64,000 nucleotides of DNA from positions 1 through 64,000 of IMG/VR virus record IMGVR_UViG_3300035517_000183; one strand, given 5' to 3'. Source of the stretch: a virus. The translations under genes and the position numbers were made by a program. Below the pieces are notes generated by a model that was given only the letters and a program-made list of their open reading frames with translations, was not told the DNA's origin and made no database searches. Positions 47,499 through 57,593 of the stretch are shown piece after piece. The stretch's first letter is position 1, and each line of letters begins with the position of its first letter.

Positions 47499-48755
47499 TT
47501 AGTTGTATTGGCCGGAACTTACCGTCTGACCCGTTTTGTCAATCTGCACAGTATTATAGTAGTACATATCTTTAGGACGAGTAAGCACGGGCAGCACAGT
47601 GAGTTCGGAAATCCACTCCTGAGTGCGTGTCTTAGCGTCGTAACGATATTCTACAATGCCGTGACCGCCGAAAATATCAGCAGTAATAGCAGAACTGTCG
47701 GGTCGGAGCGGTGCCACGTTTTTAAGGCTTATAATTGTGCCGAGCGGTGAAACGGAAATAACGCCGAAGTCGAACGCTTTAAGTCGTTCAGTCTTATAAA
47801 CCTTGTTGACGGTATCAAGAATATCTACGCCGCACACTGTGTTGTAGTATTCAATTTCGTCAGCACCAACTGCGATACGGAACGCCTCTTTGAGTGCCTC
47901 AAATGTTGCACCACCTGCAACGGCAGCGGCTTGACTGTCGATTTTTGAGCCACCGTTAAGACGGAGTGCGGGATTGATGATGTAACCCAATTCGGTGAGT
48001 ACATTGGGGTGATGTACAAGATGGTAGGCGTATTCATCGTCCATGCGGAGCTTAAATCCCGAGTAATACTTCCATTTAAGTTCAAGCAGTTTTTGAGCGA
48101 TTACCTTGATGGGGTAAACGTCAGTATTGGCTGTGAGTTCGCCGTTAACCGAGTCTTGATAGAAGAATGTTACGTCGATAAAGTTATCTTCGGGGACGTG
48201 CAAGTCAAAGGTTACACCTTTCAGACCGCGAGGATTATTCTTGTCGTTGAGTGTGACTTTGCCCTTACATTTGGCTTGACCGACAGCGTAATTCAGTGAG
48301 TTGCGGTGTCCGTCTGCGATGGGGGCTTGGGTGTCAAATAGATAGCCTTCAAGATAACTGCGAACGGCAACAGTCGAGTTGATGTTGCGCAAGTCGGCAA
48401 CACTCATGACGTCGTTGAGGTCGTTGAGTTGGTTGCGGTAATCTTCTTCGGTACGACGTACAAGTACGCGCTGACGAGGAATCGAGCCTGTAAGTTTTTC
48501 AAGCGGTGCTTGTGCGCCTACGGCCAATGGCTCTGAACTGATGGAAACGTAAGTTGCCATTGCGGTAACTTTTTCCTGCAATTCAAGCATTTCATAAGTG
48601 AACTTTGTTTGCGGACGCGCCCACTCTGCGTCGGTGATATTCAAACCTTGGTTTTCAACCAAAGTCATGATGCGATTCCAATATGCGTCGTAGCTGGTGG
48701 CGTTGTTATAACCCAGCGTAGACATAATGGAGTCTATTCCAAATAGTCTATCCAT
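47499..48755 (-). CDS. major capsid protein (HK97-fold candidate)
   Basis: 418 aa, between the scaffold/decoration genes and the connector genes. Confidence 0.6.
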   Translation of the reverse strand: MDRLFGIDSIMSTLGYNNATSYDAYWNRIMTLVENQGLNITDAEWARPQTKFTYEMLELQEKVTAMATYVSISSEPLAVGAQAPLEKLTGSIPRQRVLVRRTEEDYRNQLNDLNDVMSVADLRNINSTVAVRSYLEGYLFDTQAPIADGHRNSLNYAVGQAKCKGKVTLNDKNNPRGLKGVTFDLHVPEDNFIDVTFFYQDSVNGELTANTDVYPIKVIAQKLLELKWKYYSGFKLRMDDEYAYHLVHHPNVLTELGYIINPALRLNGGSKIDSQAAAVAGGATFEALKEAFRIAVGADEIEYYNTVCGVDILDTVNKVYKTERLKAFDFGVISVSPLGTIISLKNVAPLRPDSSAITADIFGGHGIVEYRYDAKTRTQEWISELTVLPVLTRPKDMYYYNTVQIDKTGQTVSSGQYN

Positions 48756-48758
48756 GCG

Positions 48759-49124
48759 TTAAGCCTCTTTAATGAAAGTGATACGTGTAAGCTTGTTTTC
48801 TTGGGCTGTGGTGACGGTAGCCTTAGAAAGCGACGCATAAAATTCTCCGGCCACAACGATGTCGACGGTTGCGCCATTCTCGCCGATAACCACGTCTTGG
48901 TACAGCAGACCAATAGGGGAAGTGGCGTTAAAGGTTACAGTACCGCCCACTTTGTCAATAGATACGGGCGTTCCTGCGGGGTATTCCTTGCCGACTGTAT
49001 TTGTCGAGTCGACGGGAACATACGCGCCAGCCGGGTAAAGTTGGATGTTACCGCCAAAGACCGGCATACGACCCAACGTAGCTTCGGAGCGCGAATTACT
49101 TAGTGAATTTCCATGTACTGCCAT
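48759..49124 (-). CDS. head decoration-like protein
   Basis: 121 aa, beta-rich, directly upstream of the capsid gene. Confidence 0.4.
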   Translation of the reverse strand: MAVHGNSLSNSRSEATLGRMPVFGGNIQLYPAGAYVPVDSTNTVGKEYPAGTPVSIDKVGGTVTFNATSPIGLLYQDVVIGENGATVDIVVAGEFYASLSKATVTTAQENKLTRITFIKEA

Positions 49125-49153
49125 AGTTCTTCAAAAATGTATTAGACTTATAT

Positions 49154-49867
49154 TCAACTCTCTTTGGGTAAACGGCCGGATTCGCGCAAGGCTTTAATTG
49201 TTGCGTCTAAATCCACGCTGTTTTGACCCCCGCCGTCACTCGCAATCGGCTTACCAACTTCGCCGCCTTTATCCAACACTGCGCGTTCAAAGAAATAGTC
49301 AAATTCCTTACGGAGTTCATCTTTTGACAACTTTCTTCCGCCTTGATCGAAGTTCCTCATAGCGAAATCCCACGAGTTTTTTTTCTCTTTCGAGTAGGAG
49401 TTAATCCACGCTTCTTTGTTGATGTCTGCAAGTACAGAGTCGATAACCGACTGAGAATTTCTCTCGGACTCGTATTTATCGAGTCTTTCTGTTATTGAAC
49501 TTACAGCCTTAGAAACCGACTCGGCAATCATTGCTGCCATGTTAGGGTATTCCGGCTCTTTCGACTGCGGTGTGACTTGTTCTTGCTGCGGATTAGTTTT
49601 GATAGTTTCAACCGGAGTTGACTGCGGTTTTAGCGTGTCAATTTGAGTTTCCAAATCTTTAATGCGTTGAGAATACTCGCCGCGTAATTTGTCTGTTTCG
49701 CCTTGAAACGCCTTTAGCATAGGTTCAGCCCCTTTTACAAAGTTCTCAATCTGTGCTTCGTCTGTTATGAAAGTTGTTGCGAAAGTAGCTACCCCTTCAA
49801 AAGCCTTTTCACTAATCCCCAAGTTTTTATACCCTTGTTGCAGTGCTTCCTTGATTTTCTGTTTCAT
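49154..49867 (-). CDS. scaffolding protein
   Basis: 237 aa, coiled-coil and charged, first gene of the head module. Confidence 0.5.
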   Translation of the reverse strand: MKQKIKEALQQGYKNLGISEKAFEGVATFATTFITDEAQIENFVKGAEPMLKAFQGETDKLRGEYSQRIKDLETQIDTLKPQSTPVETIKTNPQQEQVTPQSKEPEYPNMAAMIAESVSKAVSSITERLDKYESERNSQSVIDSVLADINKEAWINSYSKEKKNSWDFAMRNFDQGGRKLSKDELRKEFDYFFERAVLDKGGEVGKPIASDGGGQNSVDLDATIKALRESGRLPKES

Positions 49868-50035
49868 TATACAACTATATTAATATTCACAAATCCCTTG
49901 AAAATCCCGAATGTTCGGAGTCATGGTATTTTTTAAGTTTTTCACTTGCCGCAAATATATGATACTTAATTGAATTATGCAACAAATTTAAATAAAAACT
50001 TTAATAAAATTATTGTATATTTGTCGCGTAAATAA

Positions 50036-52822
50036 TTGGGAATGGCGTTTAAATTTGTTAACAACAGTATTTCATTACCGAATCTATACCCGACAGTCAC
50101 TCGAAAACTCCCCACGGTTAAAGATAAAAACGGCTGGGCGCAGGTCGGTGACTTCAAGTTGCGCAACTCGGTAGACCTAATTCCGCAGCCGGGATTACAA
50201 GAGAATCTTTGTGCTTGCGAAGCAAACCTTGTATTCATTTGTGGTGCAGCCACATCAGGCAAGGCACAGCCATACGATGCAAAAGTGCTTACACCGCGCG
50301 GTTTCGTAGAGATGGGGTCGCTTCGGGTTGGCGACACAATAACCGGCTCAAACGGGAAGCCTCAAACGATATTGCGCATATTTGAGCAAGGCGAGCGGGA
50401 TGTCTGTGAGTTGAAATTCGCGGATGGCAGCGTTGTTGAGTGTGACTACGAACACTTGTGGAATGTCACAGCGACAAGGGCTAAATGTTCACACATTAAT
50501 ACAATTCTAACTACAAATCAAATAATAGAAGAGCTTAAAGGTCGTGGCGTAGATTATGGCAGTATTAGAAATATATACGTACCACTGCCCAATCCAATAG
50601 AGTTTGACTGCAACGAAAACTTGCCGCTTAGCCCATATTTGCTGGGCGCGATACTCGGTGATGGTTGCACCCGTATAAAAGATTGTAAGCCTCGAATATA
50701 CACGCCAGATACAGAGATATTAGACCGAATTAGGGCTGATGGGTACGATGTCAAACGCATCCCGTCCTCTGATTGCGGCTGGACTTTTGAAAATCACAGT
50801 GTGAAAGACTCGCTTGTAACTTTAGGACTTTGGAATTGCCTGTCTTACGACAAGTTTGTCCCGGACGCGTATTTAAAAGCGAGCGTTTACGATAGGCTTG
50901 CACTATTGCAGGGTTTATTAGATACAGACGGGAGTGTTTCATACAAGAGTTTGGCGGAGTATTCCACTTCAAGTTGCAAACTGGCAACGCAAGTCAGGGA
51001 TTTGGTGTTTTCCTTGGGTGGGTATTGTTATATGTCAGCACGAATACCCAAATATACCTACAATGGCAATAAAAAAGATGGGCATAAATCATACAGGTTG
51101 TTTATTTCATTCGCCAATCAGCAGCAAGCGTTCTCTATTAGCCGCAAAAAAGACAAATGCACGACACAGAGAAACACTCGATATTGCAACGGCAGAAGAA
51201 TAGTCGATTACAAGTATATCGGCAAAAAGCAGTGCAGGTGCTTGCTTGTGTCTAACCCCGACCACTTATACATCACTAACGATTATATTGTCACGCATAA
51301 TACTTTTGGAATGTATATGACAGCACTCTACGGCGTTGACAAAAACGGATTTACGTCTATTCTATTCTCGTTCCGCGAAAAAGATAGCAAAAAAGGCTCA
51401 TCAATCTTCCGTGACGGCGTTGAGGTGCTGGGGAAAATGAAAGGCTGTGAGTATGCCTCATCAGACAATATTAGTTTCCGTTTCCCAAAATCAAACTCGC
51501 AGTTGCAACTTGCGAATTTCAATTATAATGTTGCGAATCCCACCGAGTGGAGCGACTTCAAAGAGGATATGAAGAAAAAGCAGGCGAGCCTTATCATGGT
51601 CGACGAAGCAACGAAGATGCAAGAAAAGGCCTTGCTTTATATCTTCTCGCGTAACCGTGACGGCTCGGGAATGCAACCGCAAATGATTTGTTCTTTTAAT
51701 CCCGAAAACGAGCATTTTACTACTGACGTAATAAAAGCGGCGGGCTTTCTTGATAGCGGATGGCACGTGCGTAAAGAAATGGAGGGTAGGCTTATATATT
51801 TCTTTATGAAAGGTAAGTCGTTCAAAGATGCAGTCTGGGGATTAACACCCGAAGATGTCGCGGCTCGAGCGGGTATTGAAATCTCGCAAAAAGACCGCGA
51901 AGCAGGACTGACAGAAGCCGACATGGTTAAGTCATTCACGGTGTTTACGGGCGAGGCGTCTGAAAACAGAATCCTTGTAGCCATTACCGGCGGTCAGTCG
52001 GTTGCGAATCTATATGCTGTCGGCAAAGAGCAGAGCGACATTTTGAAACGCGCATATTTCGGCCCCATCCAAAAAGAGGATATAAACGTCAGCAAACAGA
52101 TGATTTTACAGTTATGGGAGAATCCTATTGACGACGATGAAAATATGTACGCCACATTGGACGTTTCAGGCGGTTCGCTTGAAAGTGATAATACTCCGAT
52201 GGTGATATGGCGAGGCTCGCAAGTCATTGATATTAAATTCTTCCGAGGCGACTCGAAGCAATTAGTCGATTGGATAGACGCAATGTTAAACACTTACAAT
52301 ATTCCCGTTGAGAATTTTGCATACGACGCAACGGGCATAGGTTACTATCTACGCGCTTACACTTCGGGGCGACCGATAACAGCCAATAAACGGTGCTTGC
52401 AAGAGTATGACAGCAATGGCAATCCGGTGCAAATTGACGAGTATTTTAATCTTCGCTCGCAATTACTCGGCAAAACAGAGGTCATGCTTAAAAAGGGTGA
52501 AATCTCGTTTGCTATCGACCAAAATAGCGTAATCCCCTACGGCAAAAACGGTCAGTCGCGTAGGCTTATAGATGTGCTTTCGGATGAAATAGCCGTGTTC
52601 TCTACGTCTACGCGCAACAAGAAAATATACTACCGTTCAAAGGATGAATACAAGGCAAAATACGGCTCGTCGCCCGACTTGATAGACGCCATTTCATACA
52701 AGGCCGTATTCATGCTTGACACGCGAGGCAGAAAACAGCCCGCAACAGTCAACTCTGACGAAGCTTATAACGCCCTTTGGAGTGGATATGCTCCGCGCTC
52801 GGTTGGTCGTGGATGGTGGTAG
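50036..52822 (+). CDS. terL: terminase large subunit interrupted by an intein
   Basis: Removing residues 77-422 reconstitutes the Walker A motif GAATSGK|T. A TAtaTTTG promoter element lies at 50008-50015. Confidence 0.85.
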   Translation: MGMAFKFVNNSISLPNLYPTVTRKLPTVKDKNGWAQVGDFKLRNSVDLIPQPGLQENLCACEANLVFICGAATSGKAQPYDAKVLTPRGFVEMGSLRVGDTITGSNGKPQTILRIFEQGERDVCELKFADGSVVECDYEHLWNVTATRAKCSHINTILTTNQIIEELKGRGVDYGSIRNIYVPLPNPIEFDCNENLPLSPYLLGAILGDGCTRIKDCKPRIYTPDTEILDRIRADGYDVKRIPSSDCGWTFENHSVKDSLVTLGLWNCLSYDKFVPDAYLKASVYDRLALLQGLLDTDGSVSYKSLAEYSTSSCKLATQVRDLVFSLGGYCYMSARIPKYTYNGNKKDGHKSYRLFISFANQQQAFSISRKKDKCTTQRNTRYCNGRRIVDYKYIGKKQCRCLLVSNPDHLYITNDYIVTHNTFGMYMTALYGVDKNGFTSILFSFREKDSKKGSSIFRDGVEVLGKMKGCEYASSDNISFRFPKSNSQLQLANFNYNVANPTEWSDFKEDMKKKQASLIMVDEATKMQEKALLYIFSRNRDGSGMQPQMICSFNPENEHFTTDVIKAAGFLDSGWHVRKEMEGRLIYFFMKGKSFKDAVWGLTPEDVAARAGIEISQKDREAGLTEADMVKSFTVFTGEASENRILVAITGGQSVANLYAVGKEQSDILKRAYFGPIQKEDINVSKQMILQLWENPIDDDENMYATLDVSGGSLESDNTPMVIWRGSQVIDIKFFRGDSKQLVDWIDAMLNTYNIPVENFAYDATGIGYYLRAYTSGRPITANKRCLQEYDSNGNPVQIDEYFNLRSQLLGKTEVMLKKGEISFAIDQNSVIPYGKNGQSRRLIDVLSDEIAVFSTSTRNKKIYYRSKDEYKAKYGSSPDLIDAISYKAVFMLDTRGRKQPATVNSDEAYNALWSGYAPRSVGRGWW
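50264..51301 (+). mobile_element. intein with LAGLIDADG homing-endonuclease domain (346 aa) in the terminase P-loop
   Basis: Hint N-block AQPYDAKVLTPRG...VGDTI. Two LAGLIDADG motifs (LLGAILGDG, LQGLLDTDG). C-terminal IVTHN followed by extein Thr. Unusual Ala at intein position 1. Confidence 0.8.
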
Positions 52823-52829
52823 CTAAACA

Positions 52830-54512
52830 GTGAGTTTTATAAAACAGAGAGTGAATATGTACATATCAGAACTATTAGTAAAAGATTTTTGGTATCGGCG
52901 CGTAAATGCCGACGCCGTTACAATTCCAAATCCGACAAATCCAAATGGCTATCGTCACGTGAATTTTACGGATGGAATCCGCAGACGCGCCCTTACTAAC
53001 GATGATTTTATCAACGAGTTAGAACTTACGGCGCACGAAATCAACTCGCGCTATTGGTCGACTCGTCCTATTCGCGAAATACGAGAGCGTGATGTCGTGC
53101 TTGAAGATGGCGCAAAAAAGAAAGTCAAAGAGTGGGCGGTTACAGGCTATGACGACATGGAAACAGTCCGACTCGGTTTTCAAAAGCGTTTTTCAATGGC
53201 GAAAGCGTCCTTTTTTGCGGCCAACGGCTTTAATATAAGCAACGAAACCACCGACAGCAAGAGTTATGATACTTTGATGTCATGGAAAGATATCGCAGGG
53301 CTTGACGTGGGCTTTTTCGAGTTGGTTCAGTCGTGCTTCCAAAGCGGCGACGCAGCAATCTATCTTTACCAGACCGGCAACACGATAGAATACAAGGTTT
53401 TTTCGTCACTCTATGGTGATAAACTGTATTTTCACTATGACGAGAATTTTAACCCGGTCGGCGTAAGGGAATATACGTTGCGAGGCCAACGCGCAGTCGA
53501 TATTTACCGCGTATCTTCCGTTGAAACATGGGTGCAAATCAACCCCGAGGACGAAAAGACAAAATCATGGGTAAACAAAGTCGGCGGATGGTTTGCGCGT
53601 GGTATAGACTGGCATACTTCCGCTGTTAGCGAGGATGGATGGCGCAGAATTGCTAACCGAGAGAATCAGATAGGAGACAAACTCAATCCGTTTATCTATT
53701 TCAGAATTAACGATGTTGTGTGGGGGTCGGCGCAAGAAGATATAAGCGGACTTGAACGAGCAATGAGTTATGTTGCAGAGGAAAGCAAAAACATCGCATT
53801 TCCAGATATGTTCGTCAAGGCTACTAAAATTGACAATATGCCCGCTATCGGAGCGCACGGACGCACATGGGCAGCTCGCGGAACGGCAGATGAAATAAAA
53901 GCGGCTGACGTTAAGGCGATTGAAAAACCAAACATGAGCGACATTGCCACCGTAGACCTCAAAAACCGTCTTGACAGTATTCTACGCACCACCATGAGCG
54001 TATTTATTGACCCCGAGATAGTCAAATCAAGCGATATAAGCGGCGTGGGAATTAAAGTCTTGTACGGTCCCGAAATTCAGTTTGCACAAAATATGTGGCC
54101 GCAATTCTATTCGCAACTCAAATATATGGTCGAAGTGTTTAAGGCTTTAGTTGCCAAGATAGAGAAAAACGGCGCAATCGCAACGCTGCGGACTTCTATT
54201 TGGCAAGAGATTTATCTACCCGAAGATGAAGCAGCCAAAGTAAAACTCGAACTCGACCAATTATACGCAAGAGCAAAATCGCGTAAGGCTGTCATGGCCG
54301 ACTTGAATAACCAGCATTTGGGCGACGCAGAGCAAATCATCAAAGAATGGATTGAAGAACTTGACATTAAGGCTCGCATTCCAGCCATTGCTTCCGCGGA
54401 AGTACAAGCGGAGTACGGTGAGGGCGACCAATCGGCTCAGGTTAATGATGAAATCGACCCCAATAGGCCTAATATAACAAATCAAGCCGCAGGAATCTCC
54501 GTATTGGAGTGA
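52830..54512 (+). CDS. portal protein
   Basis: 560 aa immediately downstream of terL. Confidence 0.6.
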   Translation: MSFIKQRVNMYISELLVKDFWYRRVNADAVTIPNPTNPNGYRHVNFTDGIRRRALTNDDFINELELTAHEINSRYWSTRPIREIRERDVVLEDGAKKKVKEWAVTGYDDMETVRLGFQKRFSMAKASFFAANGFNISNETTDSKSYDTLMSWKDIAGLDVGFFELVQSCFQSGDAAIYLYQTGNTIEYKVFSSLYGDKLYFHYDENFNPVGVREYTLRGQRAVDIYRVSSVETWVQINPEDEKTKSWVNKVGGWFARGIDWHTSAVSEDGWRRIANRENQIGDKLNPFIYFRINDVVWGSAQEDISGLERAMSYVAEESKNIAFPDMFVKATKIDNMPAIGAHGRTWAARGTADEIKAADVKAIEKPNMSDIATVDLKNRLDSILRTTMSVFIDPEIVKSSDISGVGIKVLYGPEIQFAQNMWPQFYSQLKYMVEVFKALVAKIEKNGAIATLRTSIWQEIYLPEDEAAKVKLELDQLYARAKSRKAVMADLNNQHLGDAEQIIKEWIEELDIKARIPAIASAEVQAEYGEGDQSAQVNDEIDPNRPNITNQAAGISVLE

Positions 54513-54533
54513 CTTGTATTACCTTGAAGGTTC

Positions 54534-54562
54534 GACTCCGTGCGTTGTGTACGGAGTTTTTT
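54534..54562 (+). terminator. rho-independent terminator (+ strand)
   Basis: gactccgt-gcgttgtgt-acggag followed by TTTTTT. Confidence 0.6.
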
Positions 54563-54568
54563 GCGCAC

Positions 54569-54606
54569 AAAAAAAAGTAAGCAGCGTTTCCCAACGCCAC
54601 TTACTT
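54569..54606 (-). terminator. rho-independent terminator (- strand)
   Basis: On the minus strand: symmetric hairpin aagtaag tg gcgtt ggga aacgc tg cttactt followed by T8. Confidence 0.6.
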
Positions 54607-54858
54607 GCCTGAATCGTTGTTGTCGCTAAACCAATTCATTCAGATATAACACACAAACTTTATAAACAAATAATGCGATTATGATTCAAATATAACACTT
54701 TATTCTTAATTACAAAAATTTAAGTTAACTAATTTTGAACACCAAATTGACTTGCTGTTCATAAATCGCCATTTTGTGAACACAAAAAAGCCCAAGTATG
54801 AAACTCGGGCACAACCACTACTAATCTGCCAATTGTTAATACTTTTTCTCTGTGTTCT

Positions 54859-55143
54859 CTAAAAATTTATATTTGCCTGATAACTAAATTCATTGTAATC
54901 TTCTTGCATACCAATCCAAAAACCGCGAGGGATATTCAAGTGTTTTTCAAGTTTGACAGCCAAATTATTATCAACGTCATAATTGCCCCTTAAAAAGGCC
55001 TTGAATTGCCCTATCGGCATTTCAATCGCTTTTGCGAAGTGTTTTTGCTTGATACCGCGTTGCATTAACTCCAAGCGCACAATTTCGCCCGGATGCACAT
55101 TGCTTGCAGGTTTTCTTCGCTGTCTACTATTGCTGTCTGTCAT
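54859..55143 (-). CDS. HigA-like HTH (XRE) protein
   Basis: HPGEIVRLELM...FW...Q..Y pattern characteristic of HigA antitoxin-type HTH proteins. No recognisable HigB/RelE partner adjacent. Confidence 0.55.
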   Translation of the reverse strand: MTDSNSRQRRKPASNVHPGEIVRLELMQRGIKQKHFAKAIEMPIGQFKAFLRGNYDVDNNLAVKLEKHLNIPRGFWIGMQEDYNEFSYQANINF

Positions 55144-55170
55144 GGTCTATATAAGATTACGAGTTAATAA

Positions 55171-55542
55171 CTAAAATGGTAAGCCGTCGTCGCTTGTAGC
55201 CTGAGTTTGAGGTTGAGGCGTTGGCGTGATGGGTGCCGGCGTCTGTAAGGACTGTACTCCGGGCTGCACCGTTTCGCGCCGTGTGGCTCGCCATGCAATA
55301 ATAGAGTTATACCACTTTCCCTTGTACTCGGATGCGTCAAAGTCGACTGAAATTTCATACTCCGCACCCTCTTGAATGTTGAGTTTTTCAATGTTGTCGC
55401 CCATGACTTGAAATGCACACCGACGCGGATATTGGCCGGGCATTTCGAGTACATACTCTCTTTTGCGCCACTGTTTACCCGACTTAGCGGATGTTCCACT
55501 CTGCTCGGGTAGCGCATGGATAATTTTGCCTATAATTTCCAT
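55171..55542 (-). CDS. hypothetical protein (possibly DUF3127/OB-fold-like)
   Basis: 123 aa; N-terminal MEIIGKIIHALPEQSG...KREYVLE pattern and a Pro/Thr/Gln-rich tail. The family assignment is a weak recollection. Confidence 0.35.
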   Translation of the reverse strand: MEIIGKIIHALPEQSGTSAKSGKQWRKREYVLEMPGQYPRRCAFQVMGDNIEKLNIQEGAEYEISVDFDASEYKGKWYNSIIAWRATRRETVQPGVQSLQTPAPITPTPQPQTQATSDDGLPF

Positions 55543-55570
55543 TTATCTGTAAATAATAAAATTAATACTA

Positions 55571-55807
55571 TCAATCTTTTATCTCGTCTATGTCGATATA
55601 GAAATGCTCTGTTTGATTTTGAGCAAATGCGAAGTTGCTGAAAATATTATGAATGTCGCCGTCGTAGTTTTTAAGCGCGTAATGACCGCATATTTCTATC
55701 AGTCTACCGCAATAAAAGTACGCGATTTTGTTGAACATTACTTTTACAAGCAACTTTTTACCGACCATATTCGGCTGTGGTTCAAGTTTTCTCCAATTTG
55801 TTGTCAT
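55571..55807 (-). CDS. hypothetical protein
   Basis: 78-aa ORF. Confidence 0.3.
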   Translation of the reverse strand: MTTNWRKLEPQPNMVGKKLLVKVMFNKIAYFYCGRLIEICGHYALKNYDGDIHNIFSNFAFAQNQTEHFYIDIDEIKD

Positions 55808-55809
55808 TA

Positions 55810-56037
55810 TTATTCTGTTTTGCTTTTGCGTTCTAATTTTCCAAAGATATGTGAACGTGGCACTACGTCAACTCGCTCGGCGGATGTCGTCTTGATATAG
55901 AACTTATCACCGCATATGGCTTTGATATAGCCATGTAAATACATACGGCTGCGCTTGATTATTAAGCCGTGCCATTTGAATCCCGCATAAGCGTAGTAGT
56001 CCACCTTGTCGTTAATTTGATAATCTTCTGCTTTCAT
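55810..56037 (-). CDS. hypothetical protein
   Basis: 75-aa ORF. Confidence 0.3.
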   Translation of the reverse strand: MKAEDYQINDKVDYYAYAGFKWHGLIIKRSRMYLHGYIKAICGDKFYIKTTSAERVDVVPRSHIFGKLERKSKTE

Positions 56038-56048
56038 TGCTTAGATTT

Positions 56049-56726
56049 TTAAGGATTTATAATTTGCTGTTGCTCGGGCGCAACCTCGGGCGGCAAGTCG
56101 AGGTTTTTGCAAGCGTCGTATAACCAGCCGTTTTGTTCTGCAAATTTACGAGTACGACAGTAGTCACACTCGTTAATCGCTTCGCCCTGCTTGATGGCTT
56201 GCTCTACACAGAGTCGATAACTACACTCCGAGTAACATCTTGCGGGGAGATAGCGGCGCGGCGCCTCGGTTTCTTCGACTTCATCTTTGAGAATGCCGAG
56301 TCGCTTAAAAATTTCAGCCACAGTTTTAAGCGTGTCCGGGTCTAATTCCGAGCCATTTTCGACTAATTGCATGGCTTGATTTAACAGGCTATTCAAGGCC
56401 TTGTCTTTGCGCTCGTCCTCTGTCAAAACATTAGGCTCGTCCGTAGGCTGTTTTTTGGTGCGTTTTCGCTGCGCAAACTCGGCCAGAGTAGAAATATAAG
56501 CGTCGCGGTACTCGCGGTTCTTAGCGTAAGCGAAAAAGGCCTTGCACTGTGTTTCGCCCATGCGGCTTAACTTTCCCTGCGTAGTTAGATATTCGGGATG
56601 AAAGCGAGCAAACGCCGTAGCGTTGTCGCAGCCAAACAGCACGGCAAACGCTATAATATCTTTATCTTCTTTGGGGATAACAAAATTATCCTCGGTAGGT
56701 CTTAACGGGATGTATCTATCTGCCAT
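56049..56726 (-). CDS. hypothetical protein with C-terminal Cys cluster (putative zinc ribbon)
   Basis: CYSECSYRLC...CDYCRTRKF. Confidence 0.4.
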   Translation of the reverse strand: MADRYIPLRPTEDNFVIPKEDKDIIAFAVLFGCDNATAFARFHPEYLTTQGKLSRMGETQCKAFFAYAKNREYRDAYISTLAEFAQRKRTKKQPTDEPNVLTEDERKDKALNSLLNQAMQLVENGSELDPDTLKTVAEIFKRLGILKDEVEETEAPRRYLPARCYSECSYRLCVEQAIKQGEAINECDYCRTRKFAEQNGWLYDACKNLDLPPEVAPEQQQIINP

Positions 56727-56728
56727 TA

Positions 56729-57142
56729 TTAAATTTCCTCACTCGCTTTATATACGCATCTGACGGCGATAGCGTGAAAATAGCGCATAAGTTTGACTTT
56801 AAGCCTAAACTCTTTGGGAAGCATTTTTTGTGAGATTTTCACATCTTCAACCACATACTCATCGCCCTTGTAATAACTAAAATCAGCCGTGTAAGTAATC
56901 GGCAACTGCACGGTTTTTAATACAATCTTATCTCTGGTTTTAAGGTGTTTAATTTCTTGACGCTTAATAGCCGGCACCAGCTCAAATTTAGGCTGTAATT
57001 TCAGTTCCGTGATTTTACCCTCGTCGGCAGCTTTTTTAAGCATCAAGTATCTGTCACGCTCCCGTGCGGAGTCAAACTTAAATCCATCGTACTCGACTTT
57101 CTTGTTGCCGTACTTGTTTTTACTGCGAAGTTTAAACAGCAT
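56729..57142 (-). CDS. hypothetical basic protein
   Basis: 137-aa ORF. Confidence 0.4.
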   Translation of the reverse strand: MLFKLRSKNKYGNKKVEYDGFKFDSARERDRYLMLKKAADEGKITELKLQPKFELVPAIKRQEIKHLKTRDKIVLKTVQLPITYTADFSYYKGDEYVVEDVKISQKMLPKEFRLKVKLMRYFHAIAVRCVYKASEEI

Positions 57143-57160
57143 AGTATTATAATTTTAGGT

Positions 57161-57586
57161 TTATATTTTTGTTTTATGCTCACGTGCAATACGCTCATTA
57201 CGCGCTTTCAGCATTTTCAATTCTTCTAAATACTGCGTTTTATCATACTCTTTAACCTCTATCATCAGGCACTCGTCAGGCGAAAACGCCTTACGCCCAT
57301 AGCCCTCAATTACCGCTTTCATCTCCCAACTGTTTCTAATATCTTCCCACCGCGTTCTTTCGCCGTAGATAGATTTAAGCATGAAGTCAAATGCCGAGGT
57401 GTTCACGCTTATACGACAAGTGCGCACAAGGACTTTATCGTCTTTACGCCAGCCGTTAAGAAATCTGATAATATCATACGGCTTCGCTTTTAGTAGTGCG
57501 GCGTTCATATATAAGCCGAACGGCACAATGGCATATCGGCATGGCTCTTTAGGTGCGTCAGCGAGTATCTTGATGGTCTTAGGCAT
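57161..57586 (-). CDS. hypothetical protein
   Basis: 141-aa ORF. Confidence 0.4.
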   Translation of the reverse strand: MPKTIKILADAPKEPCRYAIVPFGLYMNAALLKAKPYDIIRFLNGWRKDDKVLVRTCRISVNTSAFDFMLKSIYGERTRWEDIRNSWEMKAVIEGYGRKAFSPDECLMIEVKEYDKTQYLEELKMLKARNERIAREHKTKI

Positions 57587-57593
57587 AGAAAAT

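Noticed and set aside
49975-50337. 120-aa minus-strand ORF overlapping the terL start
   Set aside because: It overlaps the terminase promoter and 5' end, and there is no support for it.
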